A stretch of DNA of 64,000 nucleotides from Octopus vulgaris (lineage: Eukaryota), in assembly GCA_951406725.2 (NCBI GenBank), contig OX597824.1, forward strand, positions 9,114,001-9,178,000, in the 5' to 3' direction. The notes beneath the pieces were generated by a model. The model had not been told where the DNA came from and ran no database searches. It saw only the letters and a list, made by a program, of their open reading frames with translations. Below are positions 13,567 through 27,260 of this stretch, one piece after another. The first letter of the stretch is position 1, and each line of letters begins with the position of its first letter. Made by a program: the position numbers and the translations under genes.

Positions 13567-13594
13567 TCAAATTTGTTTATCGTGATTAAATACA

Positions 13595-14052
13595 GGCGCA
13601 GGAGTGACTGTGTGGCAAAAAGCTGGCTTCCCAACCACATGGTTCCGGGTTCAGTTCCACTGCGCGAGTGTCTTCTACTATGGCTTCGGGCCGTCCAAAC
13701 CCTGAGTGGATTGGTACATGGAAACTGAAAGAAGTCCGTCCTATGCACACACACAAATACACACACACACACACACAAACACACTCACACACACACACGC
13801 ACACACACACATACACACACACACACACACACATATATGTATGTATTTGTGCATATGTGTTTGTCCTCCACCATCGCTTGACAACAGATGTTGGTGTGTT
13901 CACGTCCCTGTAATTTAGCGTTTCGGCAAAAGATACTGATAGAATAAGTAATAGGCTTACAAATAATAAGTCCTGGGTGGATTTGTTCAAATAAAGGCGG
14001 TGCTCCAGCATGGTCGCAGTCAAATGACTGAAACAAGTAAAAGAAAAAAGAG
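13595..14052 (+). mobile_element. SINE family A
   Basis: Full-length copy. A partial antisense copy follows at about 14287-14460. Confidence 0.85.
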
Positions 14053-14470
14053 TAAGATTCGTGTGCTGCATTTGAATGCCCTCACTCCAACACGGTGAGA
14101 TTGCTTGAACAGGTGCGCGGTGTACCGCATGTCGAGTGTCGAGGTGATCGCAGGGCCCAGGAAGAAGAAACGCTCTGCTCCATAACACAACAGACCATCA
14201 GACGCCCTTACGCACGCACACAAACACACACAGGCACATAAACACACGTATAGACACAGACACACACACACACACATATACACACATTCTTTTATCGTTT
14301 CACTTGTTTCAGCAATTTGACTGCGTCCATGATGGAGCACCGTCTTTAGTTGAACAAGGGGACCCCAGGACTTATTCTCTTGCCGAACAGCTACGTTGCG
14401 ATAACGTAAACACACCAACGTCGGTTGTCAAGCGATGGTAGAGGGACAAACACCGACACACACACACACG

Positions 14471-14502
<32 letters not shown>

Positions 14503-14605
14503 AAGTTAATCCTAACAAGAAAACACACAAAAAAACACAACAACGCGAGGACGTGGAACAAATAAAGTATTGTTGGACGCTCAGGAAAGAAGGGGTGAAG
14601 GAGGG

Positions 14606-14638
14606 TTTAATGTTTCGAGAGGAGCTCTTCGTCGGAAA
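14606..14638 (-). ncRNA. Degenerate minimal hammerhead-like motif (element about 14502-14695, between TA repeats)
   Basis: Minus strand: TTT-CCGACGA-a-GAG ctcct CTC-GAAA-CA-TT-AAA. The tail resembles family H2. Confidence 0.55.
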
Positions 14639-14699
14639 GATCCCGAGAAGGGAAGACGGAGGAAAAAAATCGCCAGTGGTACTCACGAGGTCACATATA

Positions 14700-15313
14700 T
14701 ATATGTGCAATGTAAGGAGATGTATCGACTGTGATAAAAATCAAACATCTAGTGAACATTATGGTGTTTGGAGTGATCACTAGTGATGGTGATGTTATGC
14801 CGTCATTCATCTCCCCACATAGCTTCAGACTCAGCACGAAAGCCTGGCGAAGGTAGTCAACCCCTAAATCAAGAGGGTAGATGCTGGAAGACTTTATGTC
14901 AGGCAACAGGAGTCTGCACCATACCATACAAACAGGAGAACACAGATATGGCTGTCGACAATTTCTGCGACCACATCACCTCTAACATATGGCTACCTAA
15001 CTCAGCCCCCTTGAGTATTATGTGTAGAGTGCAGTTGAACAAGAGACCCACAAAACTCGTTGTAATACCAAGTATGAACTGAAAGCAAGGGTTATGGCAG
15101 CATTTACCAATTTAAAGAAATCGACAGTCCAGAAAAGTTGCGGGAGATTCCGAAGTCATCTGGAGGCCGTGGGTGAAACCATGGCGACTTTATTGAATAT
15201 ATTTCAAGATATTTTAATGTTATTTTGGTAAATATATTTGTTAATATGAGATGTCAGTGTCATTTTCATTTTCGCGTAATTTAGACGACAATACATTCAT
15301 CGCATCCTTTGTG
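14700..15313 (+). pseudogene. Tc1/mariner-superfamily (DD37D/maT-like) transposase relic
   Basis: Across frameshifts: IMVFGVITSDGDVMP, QQESAPYHT, IWLPNS/PLEYYV, RFRSHLEAV..GDFIE. Confidence 0.85.
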
Positions 15314-15326
15314 TATGTGGTGTGTG

Positions 15327-15400
<74 letters not shown>

Positions 15401-15553
15401 AAATATTAAAATTACTAAGTCTCCCTTGTTCAAAGGTTATATGGATACAGTTTGTGTATCAAATAGTTAACTTAAGGCGATGGCCTCATGGAGCTAATAA
15501 GCGGTCAGCTTTATTCTTATTTTTATAAGAATGCCATATTAGTATGGCGATAA

Positions 15554-15602
<49 letters not shown>

Positions 15603-15834
15603 ATACACATACATATCTATACATACGCACGCGTGCGCACAGACACGCACATACACGCAATCACACACAATATCTTTATCATTTTTCAGACTGTGAGCTA
15701 GCTTATAATTTATGAGGATTATCTGATAAACCCAAAAATAATTGCTATAAAACAATAAAAAAGTTGGAGTCTTCAATGTTCAGATTTACGTCGATTTAGT
15801 AAAAATCGTAAATGATTCAGTTATGAGGCTGTTG

Positions 15835-16370
15835 TCTTCTTCTTCTTCTTCTTCTTCTTCTTCTTCTTCTTCTTCTTCTTCTTCTTCTTCTTCTATTTCC
15901 ACTTCTTCTTCTTCTATTTCTTCTTCTATTTCTTCTACTCCTTCTTCTTCTATTTCTTCTTCTATTTATTTTTCTATTACTTCTTCTTCTACTACTCCTC
16001 CTTCTTCTCTTCTTCTTCTTCTTTTTCTTCTATTTCTTCTTCTATTTCTTCTTCTTCTTCTTCTTCTTCTTCTATTTCTTCTTCTTCTTCTTCTTCTATT
16101 TCTTCTTCTATTTATTTTTCTATTACTTCTTCTTCTCTCCCTTCTTCTCTTCTTCTTCTTCTGTTATTTCTTCTTCTTCTTCTTCTTCTTCTTCTTCTTC
16201 TTCTTCTCTTCTTCTTCTTCTTCTTCTTCTTCTATTTCTTCTTCTTCTACTTCTTCTTCTTCTTCTTCTATTTCTTCTTCTTCTTCTTCTTCTTCTTCTA
16301 TTTCTTCTTCTTCTTCTTCTTCTATTTCTTCTTCTTCTTCTTCTTCTTCTTCTTCTTCTTCTTCTTCTTC
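15835..16370. repeat. (TTC)n tract
   Basis: Direct reading. Confidence 0.95.
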
Positions 16371-16448
16371 CTATCAGGACTCACGCCATTAGCTACAAAG
16401 AATAGTCTCTAATTCGAGCCTACTCTATGCTACTAAGAATGCGTGCGG

Positions 16449-16512
16449 CAACTTGAAGATCCACCCACAACACGCGATAGACAGGCGGTTGCACCGGGCG
16501 AAAGCTAAGTTG
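16449..16512 (+). ncRNA. Decayed hammerhead-like motif near the (TTC)n tract
   Basis: CAACT-TGAAGA...GAAA-GC-TA-AGTTG. Stem I is perfect, C3 is missing and stem II is poor. Confidence 0.35.
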
Positions 16513-16544
16513 TTATCCTCATTCCGTAAATGGAATGAGGAAAT

Positions 16545-17131
16545 AATGAAGGGCAAGGGCGACCTCGGCGCAATTTGAACTTAGAATGCAGTGAGTCAGA
16601 ACTACTATGCAAAGCAATCCATCCAATATTTCCATGTGGTTGTTTATTGTTTTATCCTGAGAGAATGAAAGGCAAAGTCGACCTAGGCAGGATTTAAACT
16701 CAGACCGTAAAGACGAACGAAAAATAATCTTTTCTACTATAGGCACAAGGCCCGAAATTTTGGGGGAGGGAGCAGTCAATTAGATCGACCCCAGTACGCA
16801 ACCGCTACTTAGCTTATCGACCCTGAAAGGATGAAAGGCAAAGTCGACGTCGGCGGCAGCAGAATTTGAACTCAGAGCGTAAAGATAGACGAAATACCTA
16901 TTTCTTTACTACCCTCAAGAGGCTACACACACAGGCAACAAACAAGGGCATACAAACAGATTAAGTCGATTATATTGACACAAGTGCGTAACTGGTACTT
17001 ATTTAATTGACCACGAAAGGATGAACGGCAAAGTCGACCTCGGCGGAATTTGAACTCAGAACGTAACGGCAGACGAAATACTGCTAAGCATTTCGCCCGG
17101 CATGCCAACGATTCCGCCAACTCGCCGTCTT
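16545..17131 (-). mobile_element. SINE family B cluster (3-4 tandem or nested copies)
   Basis: Repeated GAAAGGCAAAGTCGACC..TTTGAACTCAGA. Confidence 0.85.
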
Positions 17132-17432
17132 CACGTGGTCGTTTATTGAGATAAGAAAAAAATACTGAAAAGGCAAGAAGAAAAAAGAGAAAGAGAAAGA
17201 AGAAAGAAACAAAAACGAAAATGAAAAAGTTACGTGTAGGTCAAAGCAGTGTAACCAAAGGTACTAAGACAGACGTCGTACAAAGTTTAAATTTAAAATG
17301 AAAAACAAAAGCTACTAAGAGATTGAACTAACAGAAATAAAATAGTGCTCGAGAGTAACTTGAGGCCACGTAATATAATAGACTAAAATAATATCTCTGT
17401 AAAGGAAAATGGCTCGGAATTAGAAACCACAA

Positions 17433-17504
<72 letters not shown>

Positions 17505-19197
17505 TGTATGTATGGATGTATGTACGTATCTTTATTATATATATTTTTTTTAAATGGCGACATCAAAAGAATAACGTGGGAAAAACTTTTATACTACGGC
17601 TTTTTAACTGTTTTATTTTTCGTTTTTCATTTTCATTTTTCATATAACATACCTGTTAGTTTGTTTTTTATGCACATAAAAATATGTATATTGTTTCCTG
17701 TTTTACGAGTTTTATTATAATATCTTCATCTATTTTATATTTAGTATGCATTTAATTCATATTCTTCACTTTATGTGTGGTTTGCTTATTTTTAATAGGT
17801 TTTAGCGTCTGGTGGATTTATTGCGTTAAATTCGTGTCTGCCTCGTATTTCAAATATGGCTGCATGGCCTGGTCTCTTAGTTTATTTATATAATCGTTGT
17901 TTATCATTGTCTGTTATACTCTGTAAATTCTTTAATATACCGTTTGTTTTTTCTCTTCTAAGTAGAGCTTTCACTCCTGACATATTGTATGAGTGAAGGC
18001 ATTCATTCTTTCTGTGTAAGTAAAGGCATTTGTTGCATATACTATGGTCCCAATAAGCAAATATTCGACAAGAACAAAATAAAATAAAATAAAAAAGATA
18101 ACAGCAGCATTTTTATTTCCGAATGATCAATAATTTTATCAATATTGTTTAGACCTAAAAACGTTCCGAAAGTTAAAATGCTATTGTTTTTCACTAAAAT
18201 AGCCTGTCATTATATGTAAAATATATATATTAGGTCCGTCTAGACATGTAAACGGGCGGAATATATGTAATTTTTTTAAATGAAGCTTCTGGTAAAAAAT
18301 AAAGTTTATTTAGAATCTTCTTGATAGTAGAAAATTTTACTGTAAAATACATTATTCTATAACTATGCTTTAACAGTAACAACTTGCAACAAATCACTAA
18401 AGCTAAGAACTTCGTTATTAATGAAAATCGGCCAGAATGTAAACCCGTGTACAAACTTTTAAAAGTCAACGTTGTCTAGAGGATTAAATGTACAAGTGAG
18501 AGTTTTAAAATTTACGATACCATATTCTCTATTAGTCGTAAAAGTCTAGCACTATTTCTCTGGTTCACAATGCACTTATAACATTGAAACAACATAAAAC
18601 AAAATGAGATTGGAAGTAGGAAAACATTAATAGGCAACATATCTATCCTACGCAGAATTCTATTCAGAAAAAAAACTAAAAGCAATGAATGATGAAGGTA
18701 ATAATAATAATATCAGGAGGACAAAATATTACATTAAATACACAGACATCATATACTAATTACAGAAAAATAAAAACGTCTCTGACTAATAAATACAACA
18801 CCAAGAGTAACCATTTGAAATTTCGGTGGTAATGTCAACACCAAGACAAATCCCAATGCTACTGGTGACTATTAAGTAGGAGCGACATTCGCCAACGACA
18901 AACATTTGATCTGAAGATCTGTGCGTCATGGTCGAGTTAATTTGATGCTGACTTTGGGAAATCATTGTGCAAATAAGTACAATAATGTTATACAAAAAAT
19001 ATGGAGGGAAAGTATATACGAGATTGCTGTCGTGTTTTTTTAAGAGCTGATTAAAAGGCTAGCTATTCCCATGTATACACACAGCCACACGTATGTGTAT
19101 GTGACCGCGTCGTATATGCTTGTTTTTTGTCAATCTTTCTTTCTTTCTCTCGCACTCCACTCTCATATATTTGTGTGGGTATACACACTCACACACA

Positions 19198-19269
<72 letters not shown>

Positions 19270-19434
19270 CGTTTATATATATATATATACACATACACTC
19301 TTACACACACATATGTGTATGCGACCGTGTCATCTATGCTTTCATTTTTCGATCTGTCTTCCTTTCTCTCGTATATTTCTATGTGTGTGTGTATATATAT
19401 ATTTATATGTGTATATATACATATATATATATAC

Positions 19435-19493
<59 letters not shown>

Positions 19494-20592
19494 CATATAC
19501 ACATACACTCTTACACAAACATATATGTATGTATGTATGTATGTATGCATGTACATACACACACTTTGATCTTCCTAATGTAAGAGGTGAAAGGTATATA
19601 AAAAAGATGTTTTACGTAGTTCAAACATTATTCGATAGTGAATTCCGGTGGCGGGGCTGAGTGGAGTGGACAGAGACCTGTATCATATCCAAAGTTGACA
19701 GTAAAGTGTTGCCTCTTGCCATGATATTCCCTTATATATATATATTAAAATTTTGATATTTATCTTGGCCTGTAAGGCCGGTATGTGGGTGTATATATAC
19801 ATATACACATACACTCTTACACGCACATTTGAAAATAGCCCTTTGAGAGGTTCTGCTCCACATGTGGATATGTATGTCTACATCACAAATATATTTGTAT
19901 ATCTATTCGTGTAGTTTATTTTTGTCCTATTAAAACAACTGAAATGGTTCACGTATTTTCACCGTGACCTTAATAGCTTGTAATAATAGATTTTATACTT
20001 AAGTCTGTCCGTCATCTGGTGCTGTAAAGCCTAGTTTCTCAAGATAGGCATCGAGGCAGATGAGAAAAGGGGTGTAATTTGACGAGGTTGCGAATAGCGA
20101 CGAAAGGACACCGATACAGAAAACTAACATTTAACAAACCATTGGATAGAACCATAAACACATACATACATACAACAATCATACACACACACACACACAC
20201 ATAGATATATACACATATATATAATCATATCAAGTTAAGTGGCATTCTTTTTTGCATCTTTGCAGAGGTAAGAGGGTAATTCTTTAATCCATTTTTCCAG
20301 TGTTAAATTTTATGGCTTCGGAGGGTTTTGACTCCTATGCTCAGTCGAGCTGGTGTCATTTTTTAAAAAAATTATTATTATTTTGCCTGTACGGCTGTAG
20401 CATGTGGCCACAAACATTAATATATTTCATGAGTATTAATGTTCTGCTCAAACAGACAGTCACGTTAAAGTGGCTACGAACATTACTTGTTAGTGCAACG
20501 ACTGTGTTGATCTCTAAGAGAGATTTTAAACTAGTCGTTTTGCAAATCTAGCAGAACTAGCAAAATCAGGGACTGTGGAATGTGTTTTCGCT

Positions 20593-20643
<51 letters not shown>

Positions 20644-20653
20644 TGCATTCAAA

Positions 20654-21412
20654 GCAATGTGTCTGTAGATCATCAGTGTGATCGTCCATAGAAATATAAT
20701 TTGAGGAACTACACACCTGACATCAACACGAGGTTGAATATGTATGCAGTTCTACCTATTAAACTTGTGGTTATTTTTCAAAAGTTCTCGTTTTGTCGCG
20801 CTAAATTACCGGAAATAATACTGCATAAAATAATTTACTGCAGTAGCTTTTGCCGGTTTGAGAACGTATTAATTTAAAATTAAAATCGAAAATGAGGGTG
20901 AAAAATTGGATATTAATTTGATAACATCAATTTACCACCAGTGGTCTAGCATATTAAAAAAGCTGAAGTTCAGTAAATAGTATTACATGTATATAAGACG
21001 GAATTACCACTATGTGGAAACCCTAATGCTAGAAGTAGATCCGCTATGGTCTTACCACTAAGAATTGTTCTCTAGAAAATTTAGTAAGCACAAGTGCAAT
21101 AGGTAGAACTGCATAAATATTCAACCTCGTGTTGATGTCAGGTATGTAGTTCTGCAAATTATATTTGTATGGACGATCATACTGAAGATCTACAGATAAA
21201 TTGCGAAAGTAAAATTACGTAATTTGTTGATAGGGAAACATTGTTTATGATTAATCTATATTTTTGTTGCTTTTCATTTGTCTTGTTCGCTTAGATTTCT
21301 GGTGCTTGCTAAATTTTCTAGAGAACAATTCTTAGTGGTAAGACCATAGCGGTTCTACTTCTAGCAGTAGGGTTTCAACATAGTGGTAATTCCCTCTTGT
21401 ATGTATGTAATA
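20654..21412. repeat. Interleaved inverted repeats A-B-A'-B'
   Basis: A 20654-20760 pairs with A' 21098-21204, and B 20981-21091 pairs with B' 21302-21412. Confidence 0.85.
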
Positions 21413-21662
21413 CTATATATCTTACATTAAACTTTTTATACTTTTTGATAGGTATATATATTTAATAAAATAAAAATAAATTATAAAAATTTATAAATAT
21501 AAATTAATAATTTAAAATTTTTAACTTTAAATTTAAATTATTTAAATTTTGTATTTTATATTTTATATATTTTGCTTTTTATATGAATTAATTTTATTTC
21601 TATGTTTTGGTTTATTTTTTTCATTGTTTGATTTGCCTAATAGTGGTTTTATCTCTAATTTA

Positions 21663-21724
<62 letters not shown>

Positions 21725-22259
21725 AGAGAAAGAGAAGAGAGATACACATGCATCTAAATATATATATATATAGACAAGTAGACAGATAGATGTGCAAATG
21801 CAAGGGAAAATATCAACAAAGTTTGTATATTCATATTTGCATCATTAATAATCTAAGAGTTATATGAGTTAATTGTTCTTAACAGTGGAGAAAAAAACTT
21901 CTGGCCGCTTAGTTTTTTTCTTTTGAGTCGGAGAAACATTCAATATTTTAACGATTTCTATGAAACTTTAACAAATGTGTTTCCAAAATCTCGGTCTTTC
22001 TACAGATGCTTCCCAGACTATTCATCTTTCTCCTTCTGTCTCTCTCTCGTTTTCTCTCTCCTTGAGTGTGTAGAATAAAAGGTCAGATATATTTCTTGGC
22101 ATGGTGGGTGGACAAACACAGACACAAAAGCACACACGCATAGATAAACAGATTCACATATACATAGAAACGACGTGCTTCTGTCAGGTTCCGTCTACCA
22201 AATCCAAACAAATACCCATTGAGAAAGAATGGTTTACTTAACAAGTACAAACACCAGAG

Positions 22260-22300
<41 letters not shown>

Positions 22301-22984
22301 GCACGCACAAACACACACACACACACATCTATATCTATTTCAAAAATGTTACAAGCGGTGCTCGTCTGTTTGCGTCCCAATAACTTAGCGGTTCCGCAAA
22401 AGAGATCGAGAGAATAAATTTCAGACTTCAAAAGCAAAGAGATGCAGTTGATTCGTTCGACTAAATTCTTCAAGACGGCGTCCCAATATGGCTGCAATCC
22501 AATGACAGAAAAAAAGGAGACGTACGATAAGAGTTATGAAGTATCAACGAAGAAAAACAAAAACTTACGACGTAAACGTTGAAACCTCGAATATTTTACT
22601 CCCCCATAATTGCAAACTAGATTTTTCTGAGAATATTCGTTCGGTTTTTCTTCTACTCAAACCAAACTTTCAAATGCATCTGCTTAGATATATATTTTTT
22701 TGTAACAGTTTAAATATTTTTTTCATGATATCCGTAGATATAAAATTTTCTGCACGGATGTGACATTTTTCTGTTTAGCGATAGTGTTTTTTGAGTGTTG
22801 GGACTATAGACAGGAAAATATCATTTTCTTTTTTTTCGGGAAAATAATTTATGAAGTTTAAAAGTAGGAATGACAAAACATATCCATTGTTAAAGAATAA
22901 AAAGATATATTTCCTATCTGACAGTTAGATATAATTTGTTATTTCTATGGCAATGTCATGCCAGTTAATAACGGGTATAGCGAG

Positions 22985-23050
<66 letters not shown>

Positions 23051-23298
23051 ACATTTATATATATATATATGTGTGTGTGTGTGTGCGTGTGTGTATTCAT
23101 GAATATTTATGTATATAGCTACATATATGTATATACATATATGTGTAGAGAGACGTACATATACATACATATATAATGATAATAATAATGATAATAGTAG
23201 TAGTAATAATAGAAAGTGACAATGAAAGAATGGGACTTCGACATTAGATAAATAGAGGATTATATATATACTAATAAATCTCTGAATGAGGTATATGT

Positions 23299-23353
<55 letters not shown>

Positions 23354-23357
<4 letters not shown>

Positions 23358-23521
23358 AATTTAGAACAAGCAGTAAATGTTGTCATTATAGTACTCGGAG
23401 TTTCGAAAGTCGGAGCCTCTGTTGCCATTAATAGCCGACGAGAATGCATCGTAGCTCTTCGCTCCGTCATTCGAAACACCGAGTACTATAATGACAGCTT
23501 ACTGTTTGTTCTAAATTATAA
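23354..23521 (+). mobile_element. Fold-back mini-element between (TG)n and (CA)n
   Basis: Inverted arms 23354-23416 and 23461-23521. Contains a hammerhead-like motif. Confidence 0.75.
23431..23489 (+). ncRNA. Type-I hammerhead-like motif inside fold-back element 23354-23521
   Basis: ATAG-CCGACGA-GAATG...CATTC-GAAA-C accga G-TA-CTAT. Confidence 0.7.
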
Positions 23522-23853
23522 TACACACATACATACACACACACAGACACACACACACACATACTCACGCATACATATATACATTTGTGTAAAGAATGAT
23601 AGGATAAGTACCAGATTCTTTTTTTTTTTTAAATAAGTACTGGGATCGATAATTTCGAATAAAAAATAAAATTTCTCCAAAATTCAGATTATTCCAGCGT
23701 GGCTGCTGTCTAATGACGGAAACAAGTAAAAGATAAAAGTGATATGAATTATAAATGTGTGTGTATATATGTATATATGTATGTATGTATTTTCTATTTT
23801 CTCTACTTTTTCTATTTTTTAAAAATTTTCTCTCTCTGCTTATTTCTGTGTTC

Positions 23854-23889
23854 CTTTCTGTCAAAGAGCGTAGGCTCGAAACATGAAAG
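23854..23889 (+). ncRNA. Degenerate hammerhead-like motif, family H2 (element about 23800-23980)
   Basis: CTTT-CTGTCAA-a-GAGC gtag GCTC-GAAA-CA-TG-AAAG. Homologous to 61861-61894 and 62087-62121. Confidence 0.45.
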
Positions 23890-24512
23890 ACTTTCTCACT
23901 TCCCGAGCGTTAAACTAATACATCTGTGTGTTGTTTACACACCCGTCTTCGTCATTTGTCTCTTTGTAAATTCTCACTATGTATGTATGTAGATGTACAT
24001 TTGCGTGTGTGTGCGTGTATATGCATGTGTGTGCTTGCTTTATTTACAACCGAAATGGGAGACGCACAAAGCAGGATCTCTCAAAGTAGTGTACAATAAT
24101 GTAACATAAAGAATGAAGTATAATTTCCATAGACAATAGCATGACAATCCCGTTCGAGCAGAATGCATATGGTTCTTTGTGATTTGTGAATATGTGTGTG
24201 CACCTGTGTGTGCGTGTATGCGTGTGCGTGAGCGCATGCGTGTGCGTGTGTGCGTGTATGTGAGTACATGCGTCTGCGTGTGTGCGTGTGTGTGTGTACC
24301 TATGTGTATATGGGTGTGTGATTGTATGAATATAGATATGAGGGTAAGCCAAAAGTTATATGCATTTCTCTTTCTGCAATTTATTAAAGCAAAAGCCGAG
24401 GATGAACGATTAGATAAACTTTCGACATACACAGACATGCAGGAAATAAATAGACACCTTTAATTTTCAACACCTTATATTTGAACCATTGACGCCAAAG
24501 CATATAATTTTA

Positions 24513-24727
24513 CGGTAGTCTGACTTCAGTAGCGTGGCTTCAATGCTTGGGATCTCGGCCCGCTCCAAGACATCAATGTTTGTGACGAAGTCACTCCAGT
24601 GAATGTTGAGGACGGTTCAGAGACATCGCTGGTGGAAGCGCTCGAGGAGACGGATGTGACTGCGGTAAGTGATCCAGGTCTCTGAGCCATAAGAAGAGTG
24701 GTGAGAACCCCGGCCCTGTAGACACAG
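24513..24727 (-). mobile_element. RTE-clade LINE internal fragment
   Basis: YGSETWITYRSHIRLLERFHQRCL, a frameshift, then LNIHWSDFVTNIDVLERAEIPSIEA. Confidence 0.85.
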
Positions 24728-24835
24728 AAAGTAACAAGAAGACACTATTTGCTTACGTGCATACATACATACATACATACATACATACATACATACATAC
24801 ATACATACATACATACATGTGTGTGTATACTCTGT

Positions 24836-24913
<78 letters not shown>

Positions 24914-25154
24914 TAGATAGATAGATATATAGAGAGAGGGAGATAGATAGATAGAGAGAGAGATAAGAAGATTAAAACACGAGACACTGATGCGCTCTTT
25001 CCCCGTCAGCTATCGTCCAAATGTCATAACAGTTTCACGCCTTTAACGACAGTTTTCCGTTTTGGTGGCGTCAGCAGGAAGCTGGTAGGAATAATGGAGG
25101 AGCGTAAAGAACGGTGACGAAAACAAACACGACGCACGTAATTGGTACAAATAG

Positions 25155-25740
<586 letters not shown>

Positions 25741-26417
25741 GATTCTATACATTTCTTGCCTTCCAAATTCCCTGACAAAGCAATTGAGGAACCCGGGTTA
25801 GAGGGTAGAAGATAGTCACCTGAAGCGGAACGCGGTGCAACTGAAACCGAAACCGAAACCGTTTCCGCTGGCAAACTGGCGAACTGAACTTCTGGAACAC
25901 ACAGACAGCCATGTCCGTACACTTCCGGAACATTACACCTGATGCCCGCCGGTCATCCACTCAAGCAAACTGTAAAGTAATTATAGAATATGATATTTCA
26001 TTAATCAAACCAGAGGAGCGGCTTCGGGGTCGGCTTCAATGGCGGCTGTTTCATATCGTTTTTACGGTCTCTCCTATGAAGACTGACATTAATATTTTGT
26101 CAATATATGTAAACACACACTCAGACACACGCACACACACGAACATGGAACATAAGCATACAACTAATAAACACACCTCCACGTACACACTCAACAGACT
26201 CACATGGTGGCATTCTGGCTGGTTGGCTGCAAGTTATTAGCCGAATAGAAATATAAACTGAATTGTTGACTGCCTGTCATAAACACACCAATAACACGGA
26301 CAAAGATTTATAGCCATCCCTTTCACTTTTATCTCTTCACTTTAATTAACGTCTCATTATTTGGTGTCTGTCAGCGTTACACCGGCACCGTCTTCCCCAA
26401 TCCTCCTCCTCCGCCTC

Positions 26418-26419
<2 letters not shown>

Positions 26420-26449
<30 letters not shown>

Positions 26450-26521
26450 TACCATCACCATCCCTCTTTTCATTTTTTTGTTCTTTTTCTTCTTCCACTT
26501 CTTCTTCGTCTATGATTCTTC

Positions 26522-26553
<32 letters not shown>

Positions 26554-27260
26554 CTTCTTCGTCTATAATTCTTCTTCTTTTTCGTTTATAATTCTTCTTC
26601 TTCTTCTTCTTTTTCGTCTATGATCTTCTTCTTCTTCGTCTGTGATTCTTCTTCTTCTTCTTCTTCTTCTTCTTCGTCTATGATCTTCTTCTTCTTCCTC
26701 TTCTTCTTCGTCTATGATTCTTCTTCTTCTTCTTCTTCTTCTTCTTCTTCTTCCACTGCTGGTCTCCTCGCTCTCTTTCTTTATAAAGAAGATGAAGATA
26801 TGACGATGATGATGATAGTGAAGATGCTGCTGCCGCTGATGATGATGATAATGAAGAAGCCGTTGCTCATAATCTTGATAATCATCCTTGTTGTCATCGT
26901 ATTAATAATCATCATCAGCAGTAGCGCCATCAAACCTACGGTTACCACCTTCAGCACCATCATCAAAACTATCATCCTCACCGTTATCATCATCATCATC
27001 ACCATCACCATCATCATCATCATCATCATTGTCGTCGTTGTGGCCATTGCAAAATAATAAATTTATTATATAAATTACGTTAACGCGAATGTAGTTCCTC
27101 GTTGAAAGCGGTGCTTAGCCTATGATTTATTAATAACGTTATCTTTAATCATCATCATCATCATCATCATCCTCATCATCATCGCCAATATTCTCATCAT
27201 CGCCGTCGACGTCGGTGTCGGTGTAATCATCATTATCATCATCATCATCATCATCTTCTT
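26420..27260. repeat. Degenerate (CAT)n/(TTC)n trinucleotide region
   Basis: Direct reading. Confidence 0.9.

Noticed and set aside
20071-20112. TTGACGA-g-GTTGC..GCGAC-GAAA candidate
   Set aside because: Stem II is good but there is no stem III or UH site. It is at best a deleted relic.
21176-21225. CTGAAGA...GAAA in repeat A'
   Set aside because: No stem II, and the paired arm A lacks GAAA.
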